From Candidatus Acidiferrales bacterium (lineage in GTDB: Bacteria > Acidobacteriota > Terriglobia > Acidiferrales > UBA7541), in NCBI GenBank assembly GCA_963738985.1, contig CAVTYP010000014.1, positions 20,907 to 84,906 of the forward strand: DNA of 64,000 nt. The letters are read 5' to 3'. Positions 55,087 through 63,938 of this stretch are shown here, piece after piece (position 1 is the first letter of the stretch; each line of letters starts with the position of its first letter). The notes beneath the pieces are model-generated. The model did no database searches and was not told where the DNA came from. It saw nothing but the letters and a program-made list of their open reading frames with translations. Made by a program: the position numbers and the translations under genes.

Positions 55087-56234
55087 ACGGGCGCATTAAA
55101 GTTCTGGTGGTCGACGACTCTGCCTTGATGCGCAAGCTCATTCCCATGATTCTTGAGCGCGATCCGGACATTGAAGTGGTAGGCACGGCCATGGACGGCG
55201 CGTTTGCCTTGCGCAAAATTGCCGAGTTGCATCCGGACGTGGTCACACTCGACCTCGAGATGCCCCGCATGGACGGCATCGAAACCTTGCGCATGATTAT
55301 GCGCAGCGCTCCGTTGCCGGTCATCGTTTTCAGCACCCATTCCAAAGAGGGCGCCTACTCTACGTTCAAGGCGCTGGCTCTAGGTGCCATCGATTTTGTC
55401 GCCAAGCCCAAAGATGCCGCGGCCGGTCATCTCGACCCGATCGCTTATCAGCTCATCGAAAAAATCAAAGTGGCCAAACGCGCTGGCGGCCCCAAATCTC
55501 TACCCAAGGTGGAAACCGAACTCCCTCCACCGGGCAAGAAACGCACGCGAAACGCTCTTCCGCCTAATCGCGTCATCGCGATTGGTATTTCTACTGGCGG
55601 CCCTAACGCTCTGCAATATCTTCTTTCGCAGATTCCACCGGATTTTCCCGCCACCTTTCTGGTCGTCCAGCACATGCCAGAGGGTTTTACCGATATGTTC
55701 GCGCACCGGTTGGACGAATGCTGCGCCCTGGATGTTCAGGAAGCCAAATCCGGCGATCTGCTGGTTGCTGGTCGCGTTCTCATCTGCCCTGGCAATCGTC
55801 ACATGATGGTCCGCCGCATGCCTCGCGGAGAAATGGTGGTTTTGTCGGACAGCCCGGCAATTAACGGCCACCGTCCGTCGGTTGACGTGCTGTTCCACTC
55901 CGTCGCGCAAGAGTTTGCCCTTACTGCGGTTGGCGTTCTGATGACTGGCATGGGCGAAGATGGTGCCGAAGGATTGGGAGCTATCAAATCCGCGGGCGGT
56001 ATGACCATCGCGCAAAGCGAAGAAACCTGCGTGGTCAGCGGAATGCCCCGTGCCGCTATTTCTAAAGGCTACGCCATGAAGATTCTGCCGTTGGAGGCGC
56101 TCGGCGCGTTTCTGATCAGCCACTACGGCAACGAGCACGGGGGCAACGAGAAATCTGACGCCCAAGAGAAATCCGACAAGGGTCAAAAAACGGAACGAAC
56201 CGAACGAACACCCGTTTCAACTCCGCGTGCCTGA
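55083..56234 (+). CDS. cheB: protein-glutamate methylesterase CheB
   Basis: KVLVVDDSALM...VVTLDLEMPRMDG. IAIGISTGGPNAL. GMGEDGAEG. Unusual basic/acidic C-terminal tail of about 35 aa. Confidence 0.9.
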   Translation: MNGRIKVLVVDDSALMRKLIPMILERDPDIEVVGTAMDGAFALRKIAELHPDVVTLDLEMPRMDGIETLRMIMRSAPLPVIVFSTHSKEGAYSTFKALALGAIDFVAKPKDAAAGHLDPIAYQLIEKIKVAKRAGGPKSLPKVETELPPPGKKRTRNALPPNRVIAIGISTGGPNALQYLLSQIPPDFPATFLVVQHMPEGFTDMFAHRLDECCALDVQEAKSGDLLVAGRVLICPGNRHMMVRRMPRGEMVVLSDSPAINGHRPSVDVLFHSVAQEFALTAVGVLMTGMGEDGAEGLGAIKSAGGMTIAQSEETCVVSGMPRAAISKGYAMKILPLEALGAFLISHYGNEHGGNEKSDAQEKSDKGQKTERTERTPVSTPRA

Positions 56235-56261
56235 TCGCACTTGGAGCTAAAGGAGAAGGTT

Positions 56262-56714
56262 ATGCCACAGTTTGCGCCGCTACTTCGGAAGGACACCCAG
56301 CCGGTCCGCTATCTTGTCGTGGACGACTCCGTCTTCGCCCGTAAGAACCTCATCAAGATGATTGAGCTGTTCGGCGGGGAAGTGGCGGGAGAAGCCGGTG
56401 ACGGACTAACGGCCATTGCGGAATTCAACCGTTCCAAGCCGGATATCGTGCTCATGGATATCACCATGCCGCAGATGGAAGGCATCGAATCCGTCGAACG
56501 CATCGTTCGCCAGCATCCCGACGCCCGCATTGTCATGGTTTCCTCTGTCGGCTATCAGGAAAACATTCTTGCCGCTCTGCAAAAGGGTGCCAAGCACTTT
56601 GTGCAAAAGCCGGTAAAGCCCGAAGTGCTGTACGAAATTCTTCGTTACGTTTTGGGAGACGATCCCAATGCCGCCAATGTGCCCGTTGAACTGGCGGGGG
56701 AGCAGCGCTCATGA
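56262..56714 (+). CDS. cheY: CheY-like response regulator
   Basis: ATG at 56262 preceded by aaggagaagg. YLVVDDSVFARK...IVLMDITMPQMEG...VMVSSVG...FVQKP. Confidence 0.85.
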   Translation: MPQFAPLLRKDTQPVRYLVVDDSVFARKNLIKMIELFGGEVAGEAGDGLTAIAEFNRSKPDIVLMDITMPQMEGIESVERIVRQHPDARIVMVSSVGYQENILAALQKGAKHFVQKPVKPEVLYEILRYVLGDDPNAANVPVELAGEQRS

Positions 56715-57214
56715 GAATGGAACTCATTCAGCCGTTCATCAACGCGGCGGATGCGGTTTTTGCGGAGTCATTGCAGGCACCGACAAAGATTGTCGACCTG
56801 ACCATGGACGAGAACACTTATCGCCGCAAAGGCATCGCCGCGCTGATTCTAATTAAGGGCGATATCGAGGGCCGCGTCATTCTCGATCTCGCTCCTGAAG
56901 TGGCCATCCGCGTTGCGGGACATCTCGCCGGTTCGCCTGTCCCTGAAAGCGAGCAGGTGATCCGCGAGACAGTCTGCGAGCTTGCGAACATGGTCATCGG
57001 AAATTCGGTTACGCTTCTGAATGATCAGGGCTTCCGCTTCAAGGTATTTCCGCCGGAAATTCATATGAGCGAAGAGGGGCTCGCCGGCAACGCCGATACC
57101 GAAGCCATGGTCCTCTGTATTGAGACACCGTGCGGCGAGATTTACATCAATATCGCCATGCACTATCTCCATCGTCGCCGTCGCGAGCAGACGCCGGTCT
57201 CCGCGCTCGATTAA
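56711..57214 (+). CDS. cheX: CheX/CheC-family CheY-P phosphatase
   Basis: N-terminal IQPFINAADAVF. Active-site-like ETVCELANMVIGN...(about 20 aa)...P, matching the E-x2-N-x(about 22)-P pattern of the CheC/CheX/FliY family. 4-nt overlap with cheY. Confidence 0.65.
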   Translation: MRMELIQPFINAADAVFAESLQAPTKIVDLTMDENTYRRKGIAALILIKGDIEGRVILDLAPEVAIRVAGHLAGSPVPESEQVIRETVCELANMVIGNSVTLLNDQGFRFKVFPPEIHMSEEGLAGNADTEAMVLCIETPCGEIYINIAMHYLHRRRREQTPVSALD

Positions 57215-57255
57215 TTGGTTCTAATCGTCTAGAGATGCGCGTCTTGCCTTTGTAG

Positions 57256-57277
57256 GGACCGCCTTCTGAGGCGGTCC
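57256..57277 (+). terminator. GC-rich stem-loop downstream of cheX (possible terminator, no U-tract)
   Basis: ggaccgcc-ttctga-ggcggtcc: a perfect 8-bp stem with a 6-nt loop, 42 nt after the cheX stop. Confidence 0.4.
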
Positions 57278-57391
57278 GCGACACAACTCCTTGGTTCGCT
57301 TTCCATTCGCCACGTCGCGCGTCGATTTCCCGATGTAGTACACTCACCTCGCTCTGCATTTCATTCATCGTTATCTCGAGGTTCGCGCCGC

Positions 57392-60205
57392 ATGCGTATT
57401 CGGTCTCTTGTGTCCTTATTCTTCTCTCTAGTTTGCTGCGCCGCCCTACTGGCGCAATCGTCGGTCGCCCCCGATGTTCCGGAATCCGGCTCGGTCGAGG
57501 AAATCTCCAAAGCTACGACCTCCTCGCAATTTCTTTCGCCATGGGTTTCCTATCTTCCGGCATCTTCCAGCGTTCCTTCTCCACGCGCGTTTTACGGACG
57601 TATTATGGGAGCACCTGGCGAACTGGTGAATTCCGCAAAAGCCTATGCCTACTGCCGCGCGCTTGCTGCCGCTTCACCACGCGTTCGCGTTTTCACAATC
57701 GGCCACTCGGAAGAAGGCCGGGAAATCATCCTGCTCGCCATCAGCGATGAGAAGGGAATTCAAGACCTCGACAGGTCGAAGGCGGCGACCGCTTCACTCG
57801 CTGATCCCCGCAAAATCGATCAGCCGGCTGCAGAAAAACTCATTGCCGACTCTCGTCCTATCTACTACTTCAATGCGGCCCTCCACTCCGACGAAACTGG
57901 CTCGACGGAATCTGTCCTTGAACTCGCCTATCGCCTTGCCGTTTCTGATCAACCGATGATTCGCCGCATCCGCGAAAACCTGGTCGTGCTGATCAATCCC
58001 GTCTCCAATCCCGATGGCCGCGACAAGCAAGTCGACTGGTTCTATCGCTATCTGAAGGGCAAAAAGGATCGCGACACCTTACCTCGTCAATCTCCTCCCT
58101 ACTGGGGCAAATATGTTTTCGTGGACATCAATCGCGACACCCACCAGCAAACTCAGGAAACCACCAAAGCGGTCCATCACATGTTCCATGACTGGCATCC
58201 CACTGTCGTTCACGATCTTCACGAAGCCGTGCCGCTGCTGATGTCCTGGAATGGCACCGGCCCCTACAATCCAAACATCGATCCCATCACCTACAGCGAG
58301 TTTCTCGCACTCAGCTTCTATGAAGTGCAAACCATGACCGGCTTAGGCATGCCCGGCGTCTCCACTTGGAATTTCGGAGAAGGTTTCGCGCACCTGTATC
58401 TCGATTCCGTCGCCATGAACCACAATGCCATCGGCCGTGGCTACGAAACATTCGGCAACGGAACTGCCGAAACACTTTCTGTGTCACTCGATCCCGAAGA
58501 AACCTCGCGCGAGTGGTACCGTCTGGTGCCTCCGCCATCGGGAACGTTCTCGTGGTCAGCTCGCGACAACGTCAACTACAACGAGACGGCTGCGCTAGCT
58601 GCGCTCGACTATGCCGCCACAAATTCCCGCACGCTGCTGCGAAATTTCTACGACAAGAGCCTGCACTCCTATCGCAAGGGTCTCGAGGAAGCGCCTTACG
58701 CCTTCCTGATCCCTGCGGATCAAGGCGATCCCACTCGCGTTGCTCAGCTTGTTGCCCGCCTCATGGGTCAACACATTGAAGTCAGCCGCGCGCAATCTCT
58801 GCTTGCTTTGAAAGATGGTTCGTATCCGGCGGGCACCTATGTGGTTCGGCTCGACCAGCCCTATCGCAACTATGCGGTGGATCTGCTCACGCCACAGCAC
58901 TACCCGAAAGATGGCGGCGAGCCATACGACGATGTTTCCTGGGAACTTCCCGCTCACTATCATTTGCAAGCGATTCCGACGGCCGATGCGGCTGTGCGTT
59001 CCGCGGATCTTGCGTTGCTCACGCAGCCTCCTCACCCGGAAGGCAAGGTCGCGGGAGCAGGGACCGTGTATCTATTAAAGGATACAGGGCAGGAGGGTTT
59101 ACTCGAAGCGCGCTACCACCTTGCGACCTTCCATCTCGATATCGCGGAGCGCGCTTTTGCTGTGGCTGGCGCTGACTATCCCGCCGGTTCCTGGATTCTT
59201 CCAGCACAGCCAGGTCTTGCCGACGCGCTTCGTGACACCTCCCTGCAACTCGGCCTCGATTTCAACAGCGCTCCGTCAGCACCCGACGTCCCTCATCATT
59301 CGGCAAAACCTCCGCGCCTCGGCGTCTGGGTTCCCTGGGCAGACACCGACACCATCGGATGGCTGCGTTATTCTCTCGACCAGCGCACGATTCCTTACAC
59401 CTACGTCCGCGATGAAGACATTCGCGCAGGCAGTCTCCACGACAAGTTCGACGTCCTGCTGTATGGCCACGTCGATCTGGAACTTGCCGAGCAGATTCAA
59501 GGCATCCCGAAAGCCTGGGGGCCGATGGCGTTTAAGAAAACTCCGCAGTTTCCCAGCCTTGGCACGCCCGCTGAGTCTGACGACATTACGGGCGGCATCG
59601 GTTGGGAAGGCCTCGCGCAGATTCAGCGTTTTGTGGAGCAGGGCGGATTGCTCGTAACTCTGGGCAGCGGCACCATGCTCGCGATTGAAGGCGGCATCAT
59701 CCGCGGAGTCCGGCGCGATTCCGGCGGCGTTCCGCGTAGCTCGCAAGGTGGCGGCTCTGAGTCCTCCGCCGCGGCCCAGCAGGCTGTCACGCGCACGCCG
59801 GGTTCGCACGTGCGAGTGACCTTCGCGAAGCCTGAACATCCGATCGCTTACGGTTATCCCTCGCGCACGTATGTGTTCCGCCAGAATTTTGCGCTCTATT
59901 CCATTCCGCGGCGTTGGTTGCGCATGGCCTACTGCACCACGTGTCTCGACGGCCCCATCGACACCAGAAGCGTTGTCCTGGAATGGGGCGACCGCGAAGG
60001 CGCGCCTTTTGTCGTAAGTGGTCAGGCCTGGGGAGAAGGGAACTTGATCGGGCGTCCCGCGATTTTAGACACGCCAGTCGGCAGCGGCCACGTCGTCACG
60101 TTCAATTTCAATCCACTGCACCGCGATCTCAATCGGGGCGACCAGCGCATGCTCTGGAACACCATCATCAACTGGCAGGCGATCCTCTCGCCGCCAAAAC
60201 CCTAG
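57392..60205 (+). CDS. secreted M14-family zinc carboxypeptidase-like protein with large C-terminal extension
   Basis: Signal peptide LVSLFFSLVCCAALLAQS. HxxE in IGHSEEGREIILLAISD. LINPVSNPDGRD. 937 aa. Confidence 0.7.
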   Translation: MRIRSLVSLFFSLVCCAALLAQSSVAPDVPESGSVEEISKATTSSQFLSPWVSYLPASSSVPSPRAFYGRIMGAPGELVNSAKAYAYCRALAAASPRVRVFTIGHSEEGREIILLAISDEKGIQDLDRSKAATASLADPRKIDQPAAEKLIADSRPIYYFNAALHSDETGSTESVLELAYRLAVSDQPMIRRIRENLVVLINPVSNPDGRDKQVDWFYRYLKGKKDRDTLPRQSPPYWGKYVFVDINRDTHQQTQETTKAVHHMFHDWHPTVVHDLHEAVPLLMSWNGTGPYNPNIDPITYSEFLALSFYEVQTMTGLGMPGVSTWNFGEGFAHLYLDSVAMNHNAIGRGYETFGNGTAETLSVSLDPEETSREWYRLVPPPSGTFSWSARDNVNYNETAALAALDYAATNSRTLLRNFYDKSLHSYRKGLEEAPYAFLIPADQGDPTRVAQLVARLMGQHIEVSRAQSLLALKDGSYPAGTYVVRLDQPYRNYAVDLLTPQHYPKDGGEPYDDVSWELPAHYHLQAIPTADAAVRSADLALLTQPPHPEGKVAGAGTVYLLKDTGQEGLLEARYHLATFHLDIAERAFAVAGADYPAGSWILPAQPGLADALRDTSLQLGLDFNSAPSAPDVPHHSAKPPRLGVWVPWADTDTIGWLRYSLDQRTIPYTYVRDEDIRAGSLHDKFDVLLYGHVDLELAEQIQGIPKAWGPMAFKKTPQFPSLGTPAESDDITGGIGWEGLAQIQRFVEQGGLLVTLGSGTMLAIEGGIIRGVRRDSGGVPRSSQGGGSESSAAAQQAVTRTPGSHVRVTFAKPEHPIAYGYPSRTYVFRQNFALYSIPRRWLRMAYCTTCLDGPIDTRSVVLEWGDREGAPFVVSGQAWGEGNLIGRPAILDTPVGSGHVVTFNFNPLHRDLNRGDQRMLWNTIINWQAILSPPKP

Positions 60206-60238
60206 CTCATTGTGTAAACGGTTATCGCGGCGAGGAAA

Positions 60239-61096
60239 CTATTCTGGCGCCTTCAAATATGCCGCTCCATGCCGGAACAACCCGACTTTTGTAATCGCCT
60301 GTGAAAACACAATTCGGATTGGCACAAAGATCGCGCCCGCTCCTGGAGTGTACGGAACAGCTACTTCCAGCCGTGTGCCTTCCGGGTACTCGTTTCGGCT
60401 GCGAAAACTGATTCCGCCCTTCGACAAGTCCTCGCACACCGCTACTTCTTCCTCAAATCCGCGCCGCCGAATGCACGCCAGCACCCTGGCCTTTACCCGG
60501 GTCCGATTCCGGCGCGGCATAACGCGCTCTTCAGGAACCGCTGCGAGCGTCACTCCGTCCTTATTCTTCGTGTCGGAATGCGCTTCGATCCAGATCGAGG
60601 GCGAATCGCAGTGCCGGCACAATCGCGCGATGCAACGCCGTATTTCGAACGACTTCAACTCCATCTCGTTCAGGTACACGACTTCGCGCCGCTGGCAAAA
60701 ACTGCATTCCATCAGCATTCTGGCCAAAGCCTCTTCGGCTTTATGCACGGCAGGGAACTCGATGTCCCAGAAATCCACTCGCGGCTCGAGAATCGCGATC
60801 GCGTAGAGGAACCCGTCACCTTCCCGATCGATCTCTGCCATGATCCGAGCGCGCGCGGACTTGCTCAGGTCGCCTTCCAATTCCCGGTGTAGCGTCAGTT
60901 CCTGCCCCGGAAACAGTTTCTCGTTCAGGCGAATTACGCCCCCATTGCGGCTCACCAGCAGGGTTTCCGCGGCCTGTTTCACGGCTGTTCCGTCGTTCCC
61001 GAACCACGACGCATCCACGTTCAGCCGCAGCGTGACCCGGTCGCTCTGACGGATTCCTTCAACGCGAGAGATCATCTGTTCTTCCAGAGGGCGCAT
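60239..61096 (-). CDS. PilZ-domain protein with N-terminal PilZ-like barrel and central Cys cluster
   Basis: C-terminal PilZ motifs RRNRTRV (RxxxR) and CEDLSKGGISF (DxSxxG). Central CSFC...(20 aa)...CIARLCRHC, five Cys in total. Confidence 0.7.
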   Translation of the reverse strand: MRPLEEQMISRVEGIRQSDRVTLRLNVDASWFGNDGTAVKQAAETLLVSRNGGVIRLNEKLFPGQELTLHRELEGDLSKSARARIMAEIDREGDGFLYAIAILEPRVDFWDIEFPAVHKAEEALARMLMECSFCQRREVVYLNEMELKSFEIRRCIARLCRHCDSPSIWIEAHSDTKNKDGVTLAAVPEERVMPRRNRTRVKARVLACIRRRGFEEEVAVCEDLSKGGISFRSRNEYPEGTRLEVAVPYTPGAGAIFVPIRIVFSQAITKVGLFRHGAAYLKAPE

Positions 61097-61328
61097 TCCT
61101 TGTCAGGCTAGCATGTTCCTGCTCCCTCCTTTGGTGCTCGGCAGCCCCATTTGTCCTTCCCACTAATAGCCAAAAGGGCCTAAAACAGGGCTTCCCAAGG
61201 CGTTACCCTTTCGCGAACTTCCGATCGTTACGCGGTTCTCATTTCACAACCTTTCCGACACACTACCTGTATAAGGGTCGCCTAACGCCTGGGGTCGCCC
61301 GACGTTTACGTCTTGCGAAGAGTGCCGT

Positions 61329-61706
61329 GTGAGCAAAATCGTGTCTATGCCTGATCGCAATGCAAACGCTGCCATACGTGTGCCTGGTGTTCGTGATCGC
61401 CGCTACACCATCCGTTACCCGTTTGCTGCCGATGCCGAACTCATCGACCTCGAGACCGGCAGGCAGGTCAATGGCATCACTTCGGACATCTCCTTCGGGG
61501 GTTGCTTTGTCTGCACCAGCAAGCCTCTCTCGATGAACGCGCGCGCCCGCATGAAGCTCACTCGTAAGGGCGAAGTGCTGGAAGCCCTGGTGGTCGTTCG
61601 CATCGTGAAACCTCGCGTGGGCATGGGCCTCGAGTTTTTTGACTTGGAGACTTCCAATAGCGAACGCCTGGTCTCTTGGATGGATTCGCTTCGCCACTCC
61701 CGTTAA
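61329..61706 (+). CDS. single-domain PilZ protein (c-di-GMP receptor type)
   Basis: RDRRYTIRYPF (RxxxR) and TSDISFGGCFV (DxSxxG). The start is GTG 61329 or ATG 61347. Confidence 0.8.
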   Translation: MSKIVSMPDRNANAAIRVPGVRDRRYTIRYPFAADAELIDLETGRQVNGITSDISFGGCFVCTSKPLSMNARARMKLTRKGEVLEALVVVRIVKPRVGMGLEFFDLETSNSERLVSWMDSLRHSR

Positions 61707-61754
61707 ATTACAGTTTCTTTGCTGGCTCTGCCTGGTGCGTTATCATGCCCTGCC

Positions 61755-62072
61755 ATGATTGCGTCTTCGAACGTGTTCGATGAGGTTTTGATCGAGGTGT
61801 GGCGCCAGGCTCTGGTGGACCGGTCTAGCAGCGTCACGATTGACGGGCGGTCCTTTCCCTCGCGCAAAACCGCCAGCAAGCGCCTTGTCGAAGTTGATTT
61901 CTACTTTGAAGGCGAATCCTACCGCGGCATCCAGCAGAATCCCAACACCAAGTCCGGCTGGGCTCATCTCGCTCGCAAGGGCGCCAAGGTTATGCAGTTT
62001 CTGCAAGCAGGGAAGTATGTCGCCGTCGTTGTCGACGGCAAGGTAACCCATTACTCCAACAAGAAGTCGTGA
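61755..62072 (+). CDS. hypothetical 105-aa protein
   Basis: ORF starting at ATG 61755 (MIASSNVFDEVLIEVWRQ...). Coding-like composition, no recognisable motif. Confidence 0.4.
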   Translation: MIASSNVFDEVLIEVWRQALVDRSSSVTIDGRSFPSRKTASKRLVEVDFYFEGESYRGIQQNPNTKSGWAHLARKGAKVMQFLQAGKYVAVVVDGKVTHYSNKKS

Positions 62073-62119
62073 GGATTTTCGCACGAATGATTTTTGGATC
62101 GTTGTAGACGCGGGTGAGC

Positions 62120-63325
62120 CTAATCGATACCGTCGGCTTGCACTGCTCCGATATTCTCTTCGTGCCAAGGAGGAAGGATCTTGATGAGCACAAAAAGAAT
62201 GACGAAGGGGAGAACGAGTAAAATGACGGCTGGCAAGAGCCCTTCACGTGTGACGAAATCCATCTTGTAGGTCGTATAGCCCAGAAAGCTTTTAGAGAAA
62301 AGCTGGCCCCCAATAACCACATTCCACCGCATGGCAAAAATGCCGATCATGGTAAGAATTCCCCCGATCGCATAAATCCACTTTCGGACTGCGTCACTGA
62401 ATCTCACGAATTGCGTTGCCGCCAGCAGACCTATGGGAACCAAGGTGCCAAGGAAGATCTGGAGAACGATCTGTGAAACGAAAAGGCGGGTGTGCACCAT
62501 GAAGTCGAGACTGCGGAAGGACTCGTCCGATTCGTAGATTCGGTGAACCAGGTCCAGCATTTCCAGCGTGAAATCAATAAGGAATGTGTACAACAGGTAT
62601 TTGGCAATCGTGTCCAGACAGCGCATATCAATCGCGGTTCGCCGGACAAATGAAGTAAGCATGTACATTAGAAGGACCAGAGCGATTCCGGAAACCATAG
62701 CGGAAAACAGAAACACCACAGGCATTAACGGCGTCGACCACCAGGGGTTTGCTTTGATCGAGCCGAAGATAAAGCCAACATAGCCATGCAACAGAAACGC
62801 CGAAGGAATTCCAATTAGAGTAATAAACCAGCCCACGCGATCGTCCACTCGCAATGCGCCAGGACTGATGTTATAAGAGCCCAGCGTCAGCAAGCGATAA
62901 AGAGGACGCTTCCAACCCCGGCTGGACTGCGCCAGCAGCACAATGTCGCGCCGGTAATCGAGCCAGATTTCCAGCACCAGTACAGCCATGAGGTACCACA
63001 GATAAACGAATCCGAACATTGCCATGGCTGAGGAACGGTGCGGCGTCAGATACATCTCAAAGGAGCGTTCCGGATGCCCGAGATGGAGTTGCAGCGGTAA
63101 CGGCGCCACGATCAAAAAAGCGAGCGCTGTCAGCAGCGCCAACCGGTACGTGGGCTTCACTTCGTCTACACGGAATACGCGCTCCAGTGAGGCGAGAATG
63201 AAAGCGCCGGCTACCAGCCCAGTGAGAAACGGATACAGAACGATCAGTACGCTCCACTGGAGTTCCACTTCGTTCGGATACATGAATCCTTCCATCAGCG
63301 TGGTCTCCTTAGCGAACCGAGCCAT
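62120..63325 (-). CDS. NrfD/PsrC-family polytopic membrane subunit of a molybdopterin-type oxidoreductase
   Basis: About 10 hydrophobic segments and a WSVLIVLYPFLTGLVAGAF start typical of NrfD-like proteins. It follows a 4Fe-4S subunit gene directly. The start may be an internal Met (63295 or 63283). Confidence 0.7.
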   Translation of the reverse strand: MARFAKETTLMEGFMYPNEVELQWSVLIVLYPFLTGLVAGAFILASLERVFRVDEVKPTYRLALLTALAFLIVAPLPLQLHLGHPERSFEMYLTPHRSSAMAMFGFVYLWYLMAVLVLEIWLDYRRDIVLLAQSSRGWKRPLYRLLTLGSYNISPGALRVDDRVGWFITLIGIPSAFLLHGYVGFIFGSIKANPWWSTPLMPVVFLFSAMVSGIALVLLMYMLTSFVRRTAIDMRCLDTIAKYLLYTFLIDFTLEMLDLVHRIYESDESFRSLDFMVHTRLFVSQIVLQIFLGTLVPIGLLAATQFVRFSDAVRKWIYAIGGILTMIGIFAMRWNVVIGGQLFSKSFLGYTTYKMDFVTREGLLPAVILLVLPFVILFVLIKILPPWHEENIGAVQADGID

Positions 63326-63938
63326 CTAGGCCGTTGTAAAACATCTTCGCTCCTGTGGCGAGATGCGGTTTCAGAACCTGCACATTGTGGGTCTTCAAAA
63401 ACGCATGGATTGGATCTTTCGGATTCTTCAGGTCAACCAATTGTCTGGCGCCGGTTGGGCACACTTCACAGCACGCGGTCGTCAGCCCTTTTGTGATTCG
63501 GTGGTAGCACAGCGTGCATTTGTCAGCGGTGTGCTTAGTGGGATGAAAGAAGCGGCAACCGTACGGACAGGCTTGGATGCAATAGCGGCATCCCAGACAA
63601 TAGTTGTAATCGATCAGCACAACACCATCAGGCGTGTGGAAAGTAGCGCCCACCGGACAGACCTGCGTGCAGGGTGAATCGCTGCAGTGGTTGCAGAGCT
63701 TGGGCACGAAAAAGTTTCTTCCATCGGTCTCACCATCCGGCGGGAATCCTTCTTTGCCGCCATCTGGTGAATCCACCAGGGGATTTTCGAGATGCCAGTC
63801 CGAAATGTGATAACGCTCTATCCAGGTTCGGAAGTAGCTATCCGGCACGTCGTTTTCCATGGCGCAGGCGCGTACACAACTGCCACACCCGATGCACTTG
63901 GAGATGTCCAGAAGCATGCCCCACCAATGTTCTGTCAT
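63309..63938 (-). CDS. 4Fe-4S ferredoxin-type subunit (DmsB/PsrB/NrfC/HybA-like)
   Basis: Four Cys clusters: CIGCGSCVRAC, CNHCSDSPCTQVCP, CLGCRYCIQACP and KCTLC...C..CP. The reading frame stays open to the window edge, so the true start (and a possible Tat signal) may lie beyond 64000. Confidence 0.8.
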   Translation of the reverse strand: MTEHWWGMLLDISKCIGCGSCVRACAMENDVPDSYFRTWIERYHISDWHLENPLVDSPDGGKEGFPPDGETDGRNFFVPKLCNHCSDSPCTQVCPVGATFHTPDGVVLIDYNYCLGCRYCIQACPYGCRFFHPTKHTADKCTLCYHRITKGLTTACCEVCPTGARQLVDLKNPKDPIHAFLKTHNVQVLKPHLATGAKMFYNGLDGSVR

